Shown: positions 25,966 through 38,600 of the stretch, in pieces
Position numbering within the stretch: the stretch's first letter is position 1
Layout of the letters: every line of letters begins with the position of its first letter
Assembly (NCBI GenBank): GCA_001643675.2
Contig: LSRY02000054.1
Location: forward strand, 434,001 to 498,000
Length of the DNA stretch: 64,000 nucleotides
Origin: Monocercomonoides exilis PA203
Lineage: Eukaryota; Protista; Preaxostyla
Direction: 5' to 3'
Notes under the pieces: model-generated
What the model was told of the DNA's origin: nothing
Databases searched by the model: none
The model's input: only the letters and a program-made list of their open reading frames with translations
Translations under genes and position numbers: made by a program

Positions 25966-28152
25966 ACAAAACCCGGGAATATCTAATGAAAAACTCAAAA
26001 AAGAAAAAGTGAGTTGAAGAATTTGATATTGAAAAAATCAAACATCTCCCTTTTGTTCTTCAACAGTGCTATATTTAACTTCTTTTTAAAATGATGAGAT
26101 TATTGAATTAATTCAATAAAATGAATGAATCACAAAGTCATAATGTTTGCTTTTTTTTTTCAATTTGTCTTATTTTCCTTCGTCTTCAGAGCTTTCAAAA
26201 GTTTTAGCCACTGAAGAATTTAGAAAATAAAAATCAAAAGCTGAAAAAAGAATTTTTTTTCTTTCAAGAAAAGAGATTTCTCACAAAAGCATAATATCTT
26301 CTGGCTTTGTCTCTTCTTCTGCACTATATCGACTAACATCAACTTTGAGACAGGGAATGGATCCACAACATAATGGAAGACCGAATTTATTTAATAATGA
26401 GGAACAAGAAGAAATAGAAGAATGTGCCAAATCTCATTCACTTTCAACGGATTAAATAACATTCAAAGATATCAGTTATATATTTTGGTTTTTGTTTTGA
26501 TATTTATATTAACTTTTTTGATGTCGTCTTTTCCGTCCGAGAATGTTTTGCAAAGAAAAACCCGAAACAAGGATGATAACAGCGAATTGACAGAAATTAA
26601 TGAAAAATAGGCAAGACGGTTCATAAAAAGAAGCAATGCTCTTCAAACGGTGAAACCAAAATCCATTGATGTGAAAAGGTTGCTTGCATCTTCAACTGAA
26701 AACATTTCATCGTGGTTTTCATTGCTGGGGGAAACAATAAGAACAAACAAAATTTCCGCTGATATGATATTAAATATAGACGAAACAGGTGTCAGTTAAT
26801 GTAAATCTGATGACAATTTCGTGGTCAAACGATCAGATCAAGAAGACACAATGTTACACTACAAACTTCCTCAGCCAAATGCAACATTGGTTTTCGGAGT
26901 TTTTGCAGATGGATCTTCTATTAATCCAGTGATGATTTGGCCTTCAAAAACTGTTCCAAAAGATCTTGCAGTAAAAAAATATAAACGATTAGTTATAGTG
27001 TCCAACTGAAGCGGGCGTAGAACAAAAAATGACTTCAAATAAATAATGATGAAAAACATTTGACCAACAGTTAACAAAAAAAGAATTGAATTACATGGAT
27101 CTGAAGCATCGGTGCTTATTATTATGGATGGGCGTTCATCGAGGCTTTGCTCGCATGTTATTACACGGAATCGTGAACATTATATTGAAATAAGTATTCT
27201 TCCTTCGCACACCACACATTTGACACAACAGCTTAATAAGTATATGTTTGGTTAAATTAAAAAAGTCTGTATTCATTTTTTTTTTGCCTCCAACAGAAAG
27301 TGGAATATCGTCATATTGAAAAACTCTTGTGTCATCATTGGCAGATGTTTTGAGTGCTGCGTTGGAACCAAGAACTATAAAAAAAATCGTTCTATGCAAG
27401 TGGAATTGAGCCCTTCTATCCTTCCGTTGTTTTGGATCGATTACCCAATCAGTTGTCAAACGAAAAATTTTTTTCAATTAGTTCATCGGCCCGTGCTTCA
27501 AATGGAGTTTTAAACATGAAAGTTTTGACAAGTGATAATTTTGTTCAGGAGAACGAACAAAGTGAAGAAGGTTTGAAAATTTTCATGAAATTTTCATGAA
27601 ATGAGTATTTTATTAATATTATTTTTAAATTTCGAGGAAAAGAAAAATGTGTATCCTGCACCTTGAAAGATAGTCTGCAAAAGCAAATGTCAATGAGAAA
27701 AGCAAACGTCGATAAATGTGATGGGAAAACAAAATAAAAGATTTCAGAACAAACTCATGAAGAAGAAATGGATGAATCTTCTTTGTTTTCAGGAGAAAAA
27801 CAAAACAGAAAACAAGTGTTTGGAACAAAATGTAGAAAACTGTTTTATTTCAGCTGAAAGTGTCTTTTCTTTTCAAACAATTTTATTTTGCTACTTGTTT
27901 ATAGAATTATTTTCTTTTTGTTCGATTATTTTCATATAGTCTCGTATCAGCGAATGTTTCTTTTCGATTGTGATTATATATGCTCGTTTCATTTGAAATC
28001 AAGAAAAACTTTTTTAAAAAACATTGAATGAACATTTTTTCAAATAAATAATTTTTTTTTTTATTTTTGTTAATTCAAAATAAAAAAGAAATCAGGAAGT
28101 GGAGTTAACAATTGAAAAACTTTTCAATTGATTGGGCATTCCCGGGTTTTGT
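25966..28152 (+). mobile_element. pogo/Tc5/Fot1-like (DDE_1) element with a pseudogenised transposase
   Basis: Inverted repeat ACAAAACCCGGGAAT / ATTCCCGGGTTTTGT. Inside it reads RRFIKR, ILNIDETG, TLVFGVFADG...PVMIW, LIIMDG and LPSHTTHLTQ.L, with stops and frameshifts. Confidence 0.8.
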
Positions 28153-29493
28153 CACTTTTTAGAGTTTTGTTTAAGACTTGATATTTGATCTGATTATTTC
28201 AGGTTTTGAATGCGAAAAAAATATGATTTTGTGATTTGTCAATTTCTTTCTCGAAAAACAAAAAACAATTATTATCTGAAAAAAAAAGATTGTTTCCAAC
28301 AGATATAAGTTCCGTCTTCAATAAAAATATTTATTTTCCTCTTTTTTGATAATGGTTCATTGAAGCGTGATAATATCGTTTGCGAAACAAGACAAAATAT
28401 TATATATGAAGAAAATAATAACAAATGAACAGACAATCAGATTATCCACATTATTCAAAGCACAATCTCCAGATTATTGTTCAATAATTGGGTCATTGAA
28501 CAAAATTCACTGTCACAATTATTCTTATTATCGTGTCGAGCTACGAATGAACATTTGAAATGCTCTAATTGAATAATAACATAGAATTTGGAGAACAACA
28601 CGAAAGAAAAATACGAGAATTACGAAAATGAGAATCATCATCACTGAAAAATATAATCGAGTTTAATATTTGAAATTATATCGAAACACAACAATAAGTG
28701 CAAATGCTTTCAAAACATAACGAAAATCGTGAGATAAAACAACTGAAATAAAATTTCTCATCATCATTTATCTCTGACTCCAAAACAAATCAACATGGAA
28801 ATCAACAAAACACAAACAAGAAAACATTTTCATGGAAAGGTATTTCAGTTTCATTTATTGATTGAGAATTTTAAACATCTGTTATTTTGCCAAATCTTTC
28901 ATTTTGTTCTCTCAATCTTTTTGTCAGTCTTTCTTTATTCACGCAAAAAATCTAATAAAATTTTCCAGAGCCATTGTTTTTTGTGAATAACCAAACTCAA
29001 TTCATTATTTTCTTTCAAATGTATTTCATTTTTTCTTTTTTTGAGTTTTATATTTTGTTTCATTTTCCAAATGGAATCTTATTTCACAGATTTCTCTTTT
29101 GTCTGCTTTGTTATTCAACTGCATTAATTTTCTAGCTATTTTGTGAATCGAGGAAAATAAAATTTTTACGTCAATTTCTTTGTTCATTTCGATAATAAAC
29201 TTTTTCTTTGTTGTTTCCATGATCTTTTTTTCGTAAAAAGAAAAAACTCTCTTTTGGATACAACCGTTCTATATTCTCTCAATTTTTTTTTTGTCTTTTT
29301 CAAAAAAAAATTAACATTTCTTTTGTCTTTTGACAAAGTTATGTTCTTGATAAACTGTGAATTTATAAAGACAAAATAAAAAAATAAAATAAAATAAAAA
29401 TACCAATTGAGCAAATGAGAATTTTTGAAAAAAGATGAATACACACTGAAGCGTGATATCAATAACATAGAAAAAAGAAAAATCCACTTGCCA

Positions 29494-32400
29494 TTAATCC
29501 TTCATTTCTTGTTCCTTGTCATCACTCTCTTCAATTCTTGATTTCCGTTTCCTCACAACAACAACAACAATCACAATCACCACAACAGCTGCCACAACAA
29601 CAACAATCGGCACAACAATGGCTGCAATGATCCCTGCCTTCCTCTTTTTGTTTTGTTCTTTCAGTTTCTCTTGTCTCACTTTCACATACTTCTCATACAC
29701 ATCCTCAGCCTCTGATTCTGCATCTTTTGCTCCCTCCACCCACCCAACAGTGGAATCATCATAATCATTCGCAAACGCAAAGGCATCTTCTTGTTTGCAG
29801 AACTTGTCGAAGTCTGGGGCAATGATGAACAGAGAAGTTGTTTTTGAGCCAGCTGTGTTTGAGCTGTCGATCTCCAGGTTGTGTTCTGAAGGGAGTTTCA
29901 GATTCGATGTTGCCTTGGGCATCTCAATGAATATTGCTCCTGATTTCCCTTCTGGTGCTGAACACGACTTGAATGAACATTTGCTTGACCTTCCAATGGC
30001 CACTCTTGATTCTTTTGAACTGAGGGTGATATCCAACCCTGCTGCTGCTCCTTTCTCCGATTTCACTTCATTCATGTTCAATCCTTCGATTGACACCTTC
30101 GAAGATGAATTGCTCCCATCATTGATGCCGATTGCTGCTCCGTTTCGAACATTCACTTTGCTGATCTCCACAGTGCTCAATGACACCTCGCTGGCTCCAG
30201 AAAATGAAAATGGTGATGATGAGAATGACACAAATGAGGTTTCATCTGTGCATTTCACTGTGTCCATTTCCACACTTCCAGATGTCACACTCACAAGACT
30301 GCTTGCCAAGGGGTTGTCTCCATCAGCATTTGAATTCATTCCTTCTTGTGATTGTGATCCAATTCTGACAAATCGACATGTCGATATTTTCAATGATGTT
30401 GAATCATATCCTGCACTGATCAATGAGTCCCAATTCTTTTCTGTTGAAGAGAATTGGAATGCCAAAAACTTGAATTCCACAATTCTCTGGCAAGAAAAGA
30501 GAATTGATGAAACAGAGACATCACAATCAATGGAAACTTCTATATTTCCTTTTCCATTTTCGTTAACTCCTTCAATTGTTATTCCATAGTTGGTTGAGAA
30601 GATGATTCTTTCAGCCTTCACAGATTCTGCAGTTTTGATAATGTCAATGAAACATTTCCCACTCTTTTCCAAGAAATCATAAGCATCGAATATGCTGTTA
30701 ATTGCTGAATTAACATTGATTCCATTCCCCTTCCCTCCATTCTTCACAAATGCCCTTATCATATAATCTGGTTTAGGGGGAGGAGGATCAAAATAAGTGC
30801 TTGCAAAATCATATTCAGTATAATTGGAATAATCATATCCAACAATAAACCAAGAGTTGTCTCTTCTTGTGTAAGCAGCTGCAAAAGAAGTTTTCATTGC
30901 ATCAGCGATGTCTTTGAATAAATAAACTCCATTCCAAATACCAATGTTTAATCCAGTATTTCTCTTTATCCCATTTTTATTTGCAGAGCAATTCTGAAAA
31001 ACAAGATTCTTCCCATTCGTTGGCCATCTCAGTTGAGATGCTGATCGTGCATTTGACAAATTCAAATAGATTCCACCAGATTCTCCATTTGTGCAACTGC
31101 ATGAGGTGAAAGATGTCACGCCTCCATCTCCCACTGTGAATGTGCTTTCACTGTTATAGCTCGAAACGTAAAATGATCCTTCACTTTCTGTTTGACATTC
31201 AGTGAAAGTGCAGTTATTCAAAGTGACATCCACCACATTATCTCCATATATTTGAACAATAGGTTTGCCACTTGATATTTTTTTCAAAGTCACATTTGTA
31301 AATGAAACTGTATTTGAATATCTTATATAAAAAACTTTATCGTTAAATGAGACGCTTCGACTATCATCAACACACTCAACATTGTCCATATAAAAATCAC
31401 CATGTTCCGAAAGCACAAGGTGATAATTCACCTTTTCATCATTTGTTGATGGCCGGATAAATTTGCAGTTTTTAATTGTCAGACTATCGCATCCGTAAAT
31501 CAAGGCACTGTCATAGTAATATCCATCACTTAATGCTATTGGAAAATGGAATGCCAAGAACATGAATTCCACTTTCCTCAAACATGAAAATAAATACTGA
31601 TCTGAATGCACATGACAATCTATCGAAACTATTGTATTCCCAGTTCCTTGGCTGTTTATTCCTTCAATTGAAATTCCATTGGTAACATTCAATATTATGG
31701 CCTCAACTTCCATTGAAATGTCCGTTTCAACAATGTCAATGAAACATTTTACACTTTTTTCCAAATAGTCATATGCTTCTGTTATTCTGCCCATAGCTGA
31801 TTCCACATCCATTCCATTTCCTTTTCCTCCATTTTTCACAAACACTCTTGTCATATTGTCTGGTCTTGGAGGAAGAGGATCAAAAAATGTGCTTACGAAA
31901 TCAAATTCTTCTTCATTGCTATACTCGTATCCAACGACATTCCATTTATTGCATATTCGAGTGTAATCAGCTGCAAAACTATCCGTCATTGCATCTGCAA
32001 TATCTTTGAATAAAGTATCATTTCTCATTTCAATATATAATCCAGTGTTTCTTTTTGACTCTCCTTCTCCACAAAAGCAATCCTGAAACACCAAATTCGT
32101 TCCATCTTTTGGCCATTTCAGCTGTGATGCTGATGCAATGTTTAACATTCTCAAAAAGATTCCACCAGATTTGCCATCAGAACAACTGCATGACGTGAAA
32201 GAAGTCACACATCCATTCCCAACTGTGAACGTGGACTCATTATAGATGCTACTCACAAAAAACACTTCATTTCCACCTGTTTTGCAATCCGTGAAAGAAC
32301 TGCCGTTTAACGTTGTATGAAAACCATGAATGGAAACGATGGAGTTATCACTTGATATTTTCTTCAAACTCACGTTCGTCAATGTAACTGTATTTAAATT

Positions 32401-33003
32401 CTCTACAATAATAATACCATTAAATGTGACGGTATTACTGTCATCCACGCACTCCACACTATCCATAAATAAATTTTCAAAATTCATTCTCACAAGACAG
32501 TAATCCGCAGTGCCAGCTTTTGTTGATGGTCGAATAAATTTGCAGAATTTAATAGTCAACATCGAGTTGTTTCCAAAAATAAATTGATCTATTGTGTTTC
32601 TTGAGTCATTTTCTTTGTAAGATGTTATTGGTAAATGGAATGCCAAATATTTGAATTCCATTATTCCAGAGCAAAAAAATAAATTTCCACTCACATTTTC
32701 ATCGCATTCAACAGAAACCATTGTGTTTCCTTTTCCATCGCTGTTTACTCCTTCAATGGTCAAACCTCTGCTGAATGTTATTGCCTGAACTTTGAATGCA
32801 GCTGCATCATTGACAACATAGATCTTGCATGCTTGATTATATCCAAGAAGATCATATGCACTTTTCAATGATTTCATTTCCTGACCGATTGATGTGCCAG
32901 TGTTGGTGTCACTTCCACTTTGCTTCACGTAAACTTCATAAATTGCTTCAGCACTCACTGCTTGGAAAATAGATAATGCGAAAGTCAGAATGACAAAGAG
33001 CAT
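29494..33003 (-). CDS. Type-I membrane surface protein with about 3 internal ~360-aa repeats (paralogue A)
   Basis: Intronless ORF. Signal peptide MLFVILTFALSIFQAVSA, repeated modules (VKNGGKGNG, TIEGVNS.G.GNT, GVTSFTSCSC, SFAADYTR), a Val/Ile-rich TM helix, a basic stop-transfer segment and a short tail. Confidence 0.85.
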   Translation of the reverse strand: MLFVILTFALSIFQAVSAEAIYEVYVKQSGSDTNTGTSIGQEMKSLKSAYDLLGYNQACKIYVVNDAAAFKVQAITFSRGLTIEGVNSDGKGNTMVSVECDENVSGNLFFCSGIMEFKYLAFHLPITSYKENDSRNTIDQFIFGNNSMLTIKFCKFIRPSTKAGTADYCLVRMNFENLFMDSVECVDDSNTVTFNGIIIVENLNTVTLTNVSLKKISSDNSIVSIHGFHTTLNGSSFTDCKTGGNEVFFVSSIYNESTFTVGNGCVTSFTSCSCSDGKSGGIFLRMLNIASASQLKWPKDGTNLVFQDCFCGEGESKRNTGLYIEMRNDTLFKDIADAMTDSFAADYTRICNKWNVVGYEYSNEEEFDFVSTFFDPLPPRPDNMTRVFVKNGGKGNGMDVESAMGRITEAYDYLEKSVKCFIDIVETDISMEVEAIILNVTNGISIEGINSQGTGNTIVSIDCHVHSDQYLFSCLRKVEFMFLAFHFPIALSDGYYYDSALIYGCDSLTIKNCKFIRPSTNDEKVNYHLVLSEHGDFYMDNVECVDDSRSVSFNDKVFYIRYSNTVSFTNVTLKKISSGKPIVQIYGDNVVDVTLNNCTFTECQTESEGSFYVSSYNSESTFTVGDGGVTSFTSCSCTNGESGGIYLNLSNARSASQLRWPTNGKNLVFQNCSANKNGIKRNTGLNIGIWNGVYLFKDIADAMKTSFAAAYTRRDNSWFIVGYDYSNYTEYDFASTYFDPPPPKPDYMIRAFVKNGGKGNGINVNSAINSIFDAYDFLEKSGKCFIDIIKTAESVKAERIIFSTNYGITIEGVNENGKGNIEVSIDCDVSVSSILFSCQRIVEFKFLAFQFSSTEKNWDSLISAGYDSTSLKISTCRFVRIGSQSQEGMNSNADGDNPLASSLVSVTSGSVEMDTVKCTDETSFVSFSSSPFSFSGASEVSLSTVEISKVNVRNGAAIGINDGSNSSSKVSIEGLNMNEVKSEKGAAAGLDITLSSKESRVAIGRSSKCSFKSCSAPEGKSGAIFIEMPKATSNLKLPSEHNLEIDSSNTAGSKTTSLFIIAPDFDKFCKQEDAFAFANDYDDSTVGWVEGAKDAESEAEDVYEKYVKVRQEKLKEQNKKRKAGIIAAIVVPIVVVVAAVVVIVIVVVVVRKRKSRIEESDDKEQEMKD

Positions 33004-35012
33004 TCTTTTTGTTGTTTTTCGATCAGGATCACAATTGATCGATTTTTGTTTAATACAAATGCATATCAGATTCATTCAAAGATTTGGTTCCAACGGGTGA
33101 ATATTTGAAATGGAAAGGAATAATCACAAACATATTCAAATATCAATGACTTCCGTCAATCGTTTTTTTGAAGAAAAAAACGGAAAAAAAATAAATAATA
33201 CATACATCAAGTTAGCGCCCATAACATATTTTCGTTGAAGGTTTTGCCATTTCGTTTTGTTTCCAACGTAAATCAAAAGAAAAAAAGATATAATTCCTTA
33301 ATAATGTTTTCGATGACTAATCACATATTTTCAGACGCGAATAACAACTTTCCCATAATTAATTCTTTTTTTATTGTTGATGAAAGAAATAATAATTCAC
33401 TTTCAATTTTCTTTTCTTCATCATGGAAAATTTTTAAAGAATTCGAATAGAAATGCAAGAATAATTTTTGATAAACCTTATGAAAAATTCAATCATAAAT
33501 TTCTTAAAAGAAATTAAATAATCAATCATTATTAGATTTTCAAATCTAACATTTTTAAAACTGCAGTGAGGGAAACTCAAAATAACAACAATGACTTAGG
33601 AAGAGTTTTTGAAAGATAATGAAGTTAAAAAAGTTTTTGTTACGAAAAAGCGTCAGTTTATGATAGTCATTTCGGAACTTCATTCCAATGTCAAGCTTCA
33701 AAGACTTGGACAGCACAGCGAATTTTAATAGACACCAACGCATCCATTTTTTTTTGAAGCAGAGAAGAATGAGGAACTTATTGCAGTCATTTGCTTCAGT
33801 TAAGTTGTTGGGAGATGAATCTCAAGATAATTGATGTATTGTAGTTTATTCAAAAGAAATACTGGCAACTGATACTTATTGCAAAATATCTGCTGCTTTC
33901 AATTCGTTCAATTGCCTTATTCTTATGTTTTTTTGAAGGAATTGAATGGCAAAGAAACGAATTTGAAAGAAGTCTAAAAAGAGACAAAGGATGAAGAGGA
34001 ATGAGAATTTGAGGGGAATGATGTGTTGAACTCAGGAAATGTTTTGAAAGACGGGATATACCAGATGACGAAAGACACAATCATGATGAAGAGGGATTTC
34101 TCATTGTATCATGAAAAATACATCTTCTTTGGGAGCCTATCTGTTTTCGTTTCAGTGAAAAATAATGGAAAGAGAATAATTCTGATAGAACTTAGGAATG
34201 AAAAGAAGAAGAGAATGTCATGGCTCATTCGATTTCTCTTTCAAAGAAACAGAGAAGAACAAGGCATCACAATCGAAAAAACAAATTGGAGTGTTGATCA
34301 GTCATTTCCTTCAGCTTTTGATATCCTCATTAAGAGATCTATGTATTCCAAATGGAATGTTTGTGATGTTTCAGAAACAGAATTGGAAATTCTTTTTTGG
34401 TTGTTTAATCTGCCTCAATTGAACAGAAAATAGATGCAATCTTTCCAACAAATCTCTCAAAATGGTGATCATTTTTCATTGTTATATTGTTTTTCCTTCT
34501 TCATTTTTGATATCTTTTGTTGAACTTCAAAGACAACAAGATTTCATTCAAAATTCTTCTTTGAAAATGATCTTTTTCAGTCTCATTGTTTATTAACAGG
34601 ATGTTGATTTCTTTTCACATTTCCTTTTTGGATGTCAAACTGTCTCTTTTTCAAATTCGAATTTTATTTGTTTCTGATGAATAACTGTTTTGGGGGGAAT
34701 TCACGATGATGATGAGTGTTTGTTAAAAATATAATAAAATTAATATTTTGTCAGAATGAAAATGAAATGATAATTTTGTCAGTGCTTTTATCAAAAAGGC
34801 TTCAAATGTTGATGTGTGTGCAGAATAGTTTTTTTGAATGAAAATTGTATTTGCACATGGTGAATATCATTCTGAGAAAAAGAAACCAAAAATTCAAATA
34901 AAGCCATTGAGATGCTCATTTCAATGTTTATTTCTCGCTTTTGATGCTCTCTTTTATGTTTTCTCCATTTTTCTCTCATTATTATTTTTCTTTCCTTTTT
35001 CCTTTCTTTTTT

Positions 35013-35640
35013 TTATTCTTCCTCATCCCCCAGCTTCACCGAATTGATCCCCATCCCGATCTGCCCTCCCTGATACGTCCCTCTCTTCAGCTTCGTCTTC
35101 GCTGCCCTGAATCCTTTTCCCCGAGTCTGCAGCAGCTTCTCCGACGCCTTCTTGCCCCACGCCTCGCCTTTCATCTCGAAGCTGTTGTCCGCCAGCCGCG
35201 GGTCAGTAATCACATACTTGGACGGATCGACACGGCGGAAGGGGGTGTGGCGAGAGGGAGAGGGAGAGGGAGAAGGAGAAGGAGAGGGAGAAGGGGAAGG
35301 AGAAGAGGAAGGAGAAGGAGATGACTCGTTATTGTTGGATGGGGATGAACTGGGAGCATGATTTGCGTTTGATGTTATTTTGTTGTTGTTCTTCTTTTCT
35401 GAAAAAGAGGAAGAAGATTCTGATTCAGAATCAGAAGAATCAGAGGAAGAATCAGGGGAAGATGAATCAGAGGAGGAGGAAGAAGAAGAATCAGAACTTT
35501 CTTCTTTCTTTGCAGAAATTGCTGGTTGAGTTTGCTTCGCCTTCTCGTTTGCATTCACTTTTTTGGCTGTTTCTTTTGCTTCTTCTTTCTTTTCTGGTTT
35601 GGCTGAAGAAGAAGAAGAGGAGGAGGAAGAAGAAGAAGAA
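35013..35640 (-). pseudogene. SRP40: 5'-truncated SRP40/Nopp140 (NOLC1) C-terminal fragment
   Basis: PFRRVDP...DNSFEMKG..WGKKASEKLLQTRGKGFRAAKTKLKRGTYQGGQI..GINSVKL is the SRP40_C domain. It is preceded by Ser/Lys blocks, but no LisH N-terminus is seen. Confidence 0.7.
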
Positions 35641-38600
35641 AAAGATGTTGAGGCGGAATGAAAATGGTGAGAGAAGGAGACGAAGCGGAAGAGCGGACTG
35701 GCAGAACAGCTGCTGGAGAATGACAAGTTCATCCGGATGAATTAGATGAAAATTTTGGAGCGAAGCTGGAAGCATAACGCAGAGGTGAAGGAGCTGCAGG
35801 AGCAGCTGGCGGAGATGAAGGAGAAGGCGGGGCTGATTGGTGTAAGGATTGAGAAGGAGAAGAAGCGGCGGACGCAGCAGGTCGGGGCGGAGAGTAAGGA
35901 CAGTGAGGGAACAGGGGCAGTGGCAGGGGCAGGGGTTCCGCTTGTCACGCTTTCTTCGTTGTCGTCTGCGGGAGGTGGGGTGGTTCCGTATTCGGCGTAG
36001 TTGATTCTGCCTTCGGGGATGTGTGAAAAGTGCCAAGAAAAGTTGCTTCGAGCATCAAAAATGGTGGAGTTGCGATGCTTGAGTCAAACCTGATTGGAAA
36101 GGAGGTTGTTGTGAAAGTGGGGAGCGAAGCGAGTGTTGTGGGAGAAGCAAACAGAGGTTGGAGAGGAGGTGGTGGAAGTGAGTGAACGAGATCTGGGATC
36201 AGCGAGGAATCAGAAAAGAACAGCGCTGGGACAAATGGAAGTGGGGGAGGCAGTCAGAGTGGTGGTGGAAGGACAGATGTAATTGTGCAGCAGAAGATGA
36301 ACAAGATGGAGAAGGAAATGAAGATGCTGATGGCGCCGTCGAAAGTGCAGTAGCAGACGTTAAGTGAGCAGAAGGCGCTGTTCAAGGAGGTGATTGAGAA
36401 TCAGAAGAATGAGCTTGCGAAATAGAAGCAGGAGAATAAGAAAATGAAGGCGTCGTATGAAGAGAAGGTGGAGCGGCTGGTTGGGTAGGTGAATGAGCTG
36501 GAGGAGCAGGTTGGGCTTGGGGACTTTGGAGGTGGAAAGGAAGGTGTGACAGAGGAGAAATGGGTAAGTGCAAGAGATGGGTCGAGGATGAAAAGGAGGA
36601 GGAACAGAAACGGAGGCGGAGAATATGATGAAGCTGAGAAAGGTGAAAAGGGAGAAGAAATAGATGAGAGCGAGCCGCATGGGTTTCATCCATCGCAGTG
36701 TAAAGATCTAACGAAAGAGTGAAAGAACTGGATGCTAGCTGTTGTTCTAAATTGTGAAGAAAAAGGGGTAGTGAAGGCGATTATGTGCAGCGGCTGTACA
36801 TGCTTCTTGAGCAGATGACAGACGGCCGAGACCGGGAAGAGTCGGAGTGGCCAGTGACTTCGCGTGGTGGAACGGGGCAGGGTTGTCTGTGGCAGGCGGG
36901 GCGCCTTTGCCAAATGGGAAGACAGAGATGAAGCCGCTGATGAGCACGGTGTCAGGTGTGCTGGGGCAAGTGACGTACGAAATGGTTTATGTGCTTCGGA
37001 TGTCGCACATATATTAGTCGTCTATTCCGATTCAGTCGAGACAGCAGTGGCTAAAGACAGGACTGCGATAGAAGCAGGTGTGGACGCTGTCGAAGATTCA
37101 GGGGATATATGGAGACAAGATATTGGCAGATTTGAGCAATGGCAGCTCTGGGTGGGAAGATGGGGTGCTTCCAAGTCAGTTGTTTTGGGGATATTTTGTG
37201 TATGCGGCTGTGTGGGAAGTGCGCGGAGAAATAGAAGAAGGAGGTGGTGCTGTTGAAGATGATCTTCGTGGTGGAACTGTTCCGAAAAAAATTTTCGGAG
37301 GTGTAGCAGTTGGGTGGTATGTGCCGGAGGAGTTTCCTGGATGCGAGCTGTATGACTTCCTGTACTGCAACACGGTGTTGTTTGAAGGTGAGCAGCAGCA
37401 GTAGCCAATGAAAGAGAAAGAGGACTTCTTGACGTTGTCGTTCCGGATGTGTCGGATGCGTATCAACATTTTGCTTGAAGGGGAATTGGGGAAGAAGATA
37501 AAGTTGTTTCTTGGGGAGTTGGAAGAGATTAAGTTGGACAAGGGGGAGGCAGAAGCGTATGTGTTTCTTGGATTGCAGCTGAACATCTGAGGAAGAAGCT
37601 GCGATGTTGAAAGAGGCGATGAATGCGCAGTCAGATGCGATATGCAGTGAAGATCCACTGATTTCATCATCTTCAGCAACATCACCGTCAATGGGTGTAG
37701 CTTGTTGAGGCAATGCGAACGATGAAGTGGAGTCTCTTCTGCATGTGCTATCCACAGACGCTATTAGCGCTGTCCCTGAGGAACTTCTAAGACGCGTGTT
37801 GGCTGTTTTGATACTGTCTGCCATATTAAGTGCTGGTACTGTGGGCATATGAGGACAACGACTTTATCAAGCTGTTCCAGCACAGCCGGATGTGTGCAAT
37901 GCTGCTTACCGACGAGAGCCTCTTTCATAGTCTGAGAATGTTGCGGTTGAAAAGATTGTGAGCTGTCACTTTGCGCTGCGGAAGCAAACACCTGACGAAT
38001 AGATGCGGGAGATGTTGTGGATGGTGCTGCTGGTTGTGGAGCTAGTGGAGCTACAGCTGTGTAGAACGATGTGGAAAGGGCGATCTGCTTTGGGCTGCTA
38101 CTGGAGGATGGGCAGCAAGTGATGCAGTTTCACAAGGAGATGGCACAACAGAGGGAGGGAGGAGGAGTCTAAATCTTGTCATGCATCATATGTATATGCT
38201 TCTTCAACACAGCACAAACAGATTTCGAGTGAGATGGTGATGGCGATCAATAACATGTTGCTGTCACTTGAGGCTGCATTTGGCTTGATCGATCCTCAGA
38301 TTTCTCCGACCATATTATCATCGGCATTATCATAATCATCAAATAAGTCTTTTTTTTATTTTTTCCTTTTCTTCTATCTCTTTAATTCTAATTATCTCTA
38401 TTTTCTTTTGAAATGCACTTTCTTTTTCTTCGATACTTGCTTCCGCTCTGTCCATTAACCTGTTTCATCTTCCATTTTTTGTTTATTATTGCCTTAATTT
38501 TCTTTTAATGAACTTGTCAAGCGAAATAAACATTTTATTAATCTTAAAATACGTTGTCTTCATTTAACAGATTTCAAATAAAATGTGAGAAATATAGAAG

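Larger units (their letters stand above)
25361..34261. repeat. Segmental duplication, copy A (MITE + pogo remnant + surface-protein gene + degenerate tail)
   Basis: Colinear with 47128-47247 plus 55168-64000. The right limit given is simply where copy B leaves the window. Confidence 0.92.

Noticed and set aside
29516-30589. Plus-strand ORFs antisense to the surface genes (also 59262-60560)
   Set aside because: They mirror the sense codon usage and are broken by a stop in copy B.
33550-34700. Degenerate gene at the cassette end (copy at 63400-64000)
   Set aside because: The ORFs are not conserved between the two copies and no family is recognisable.
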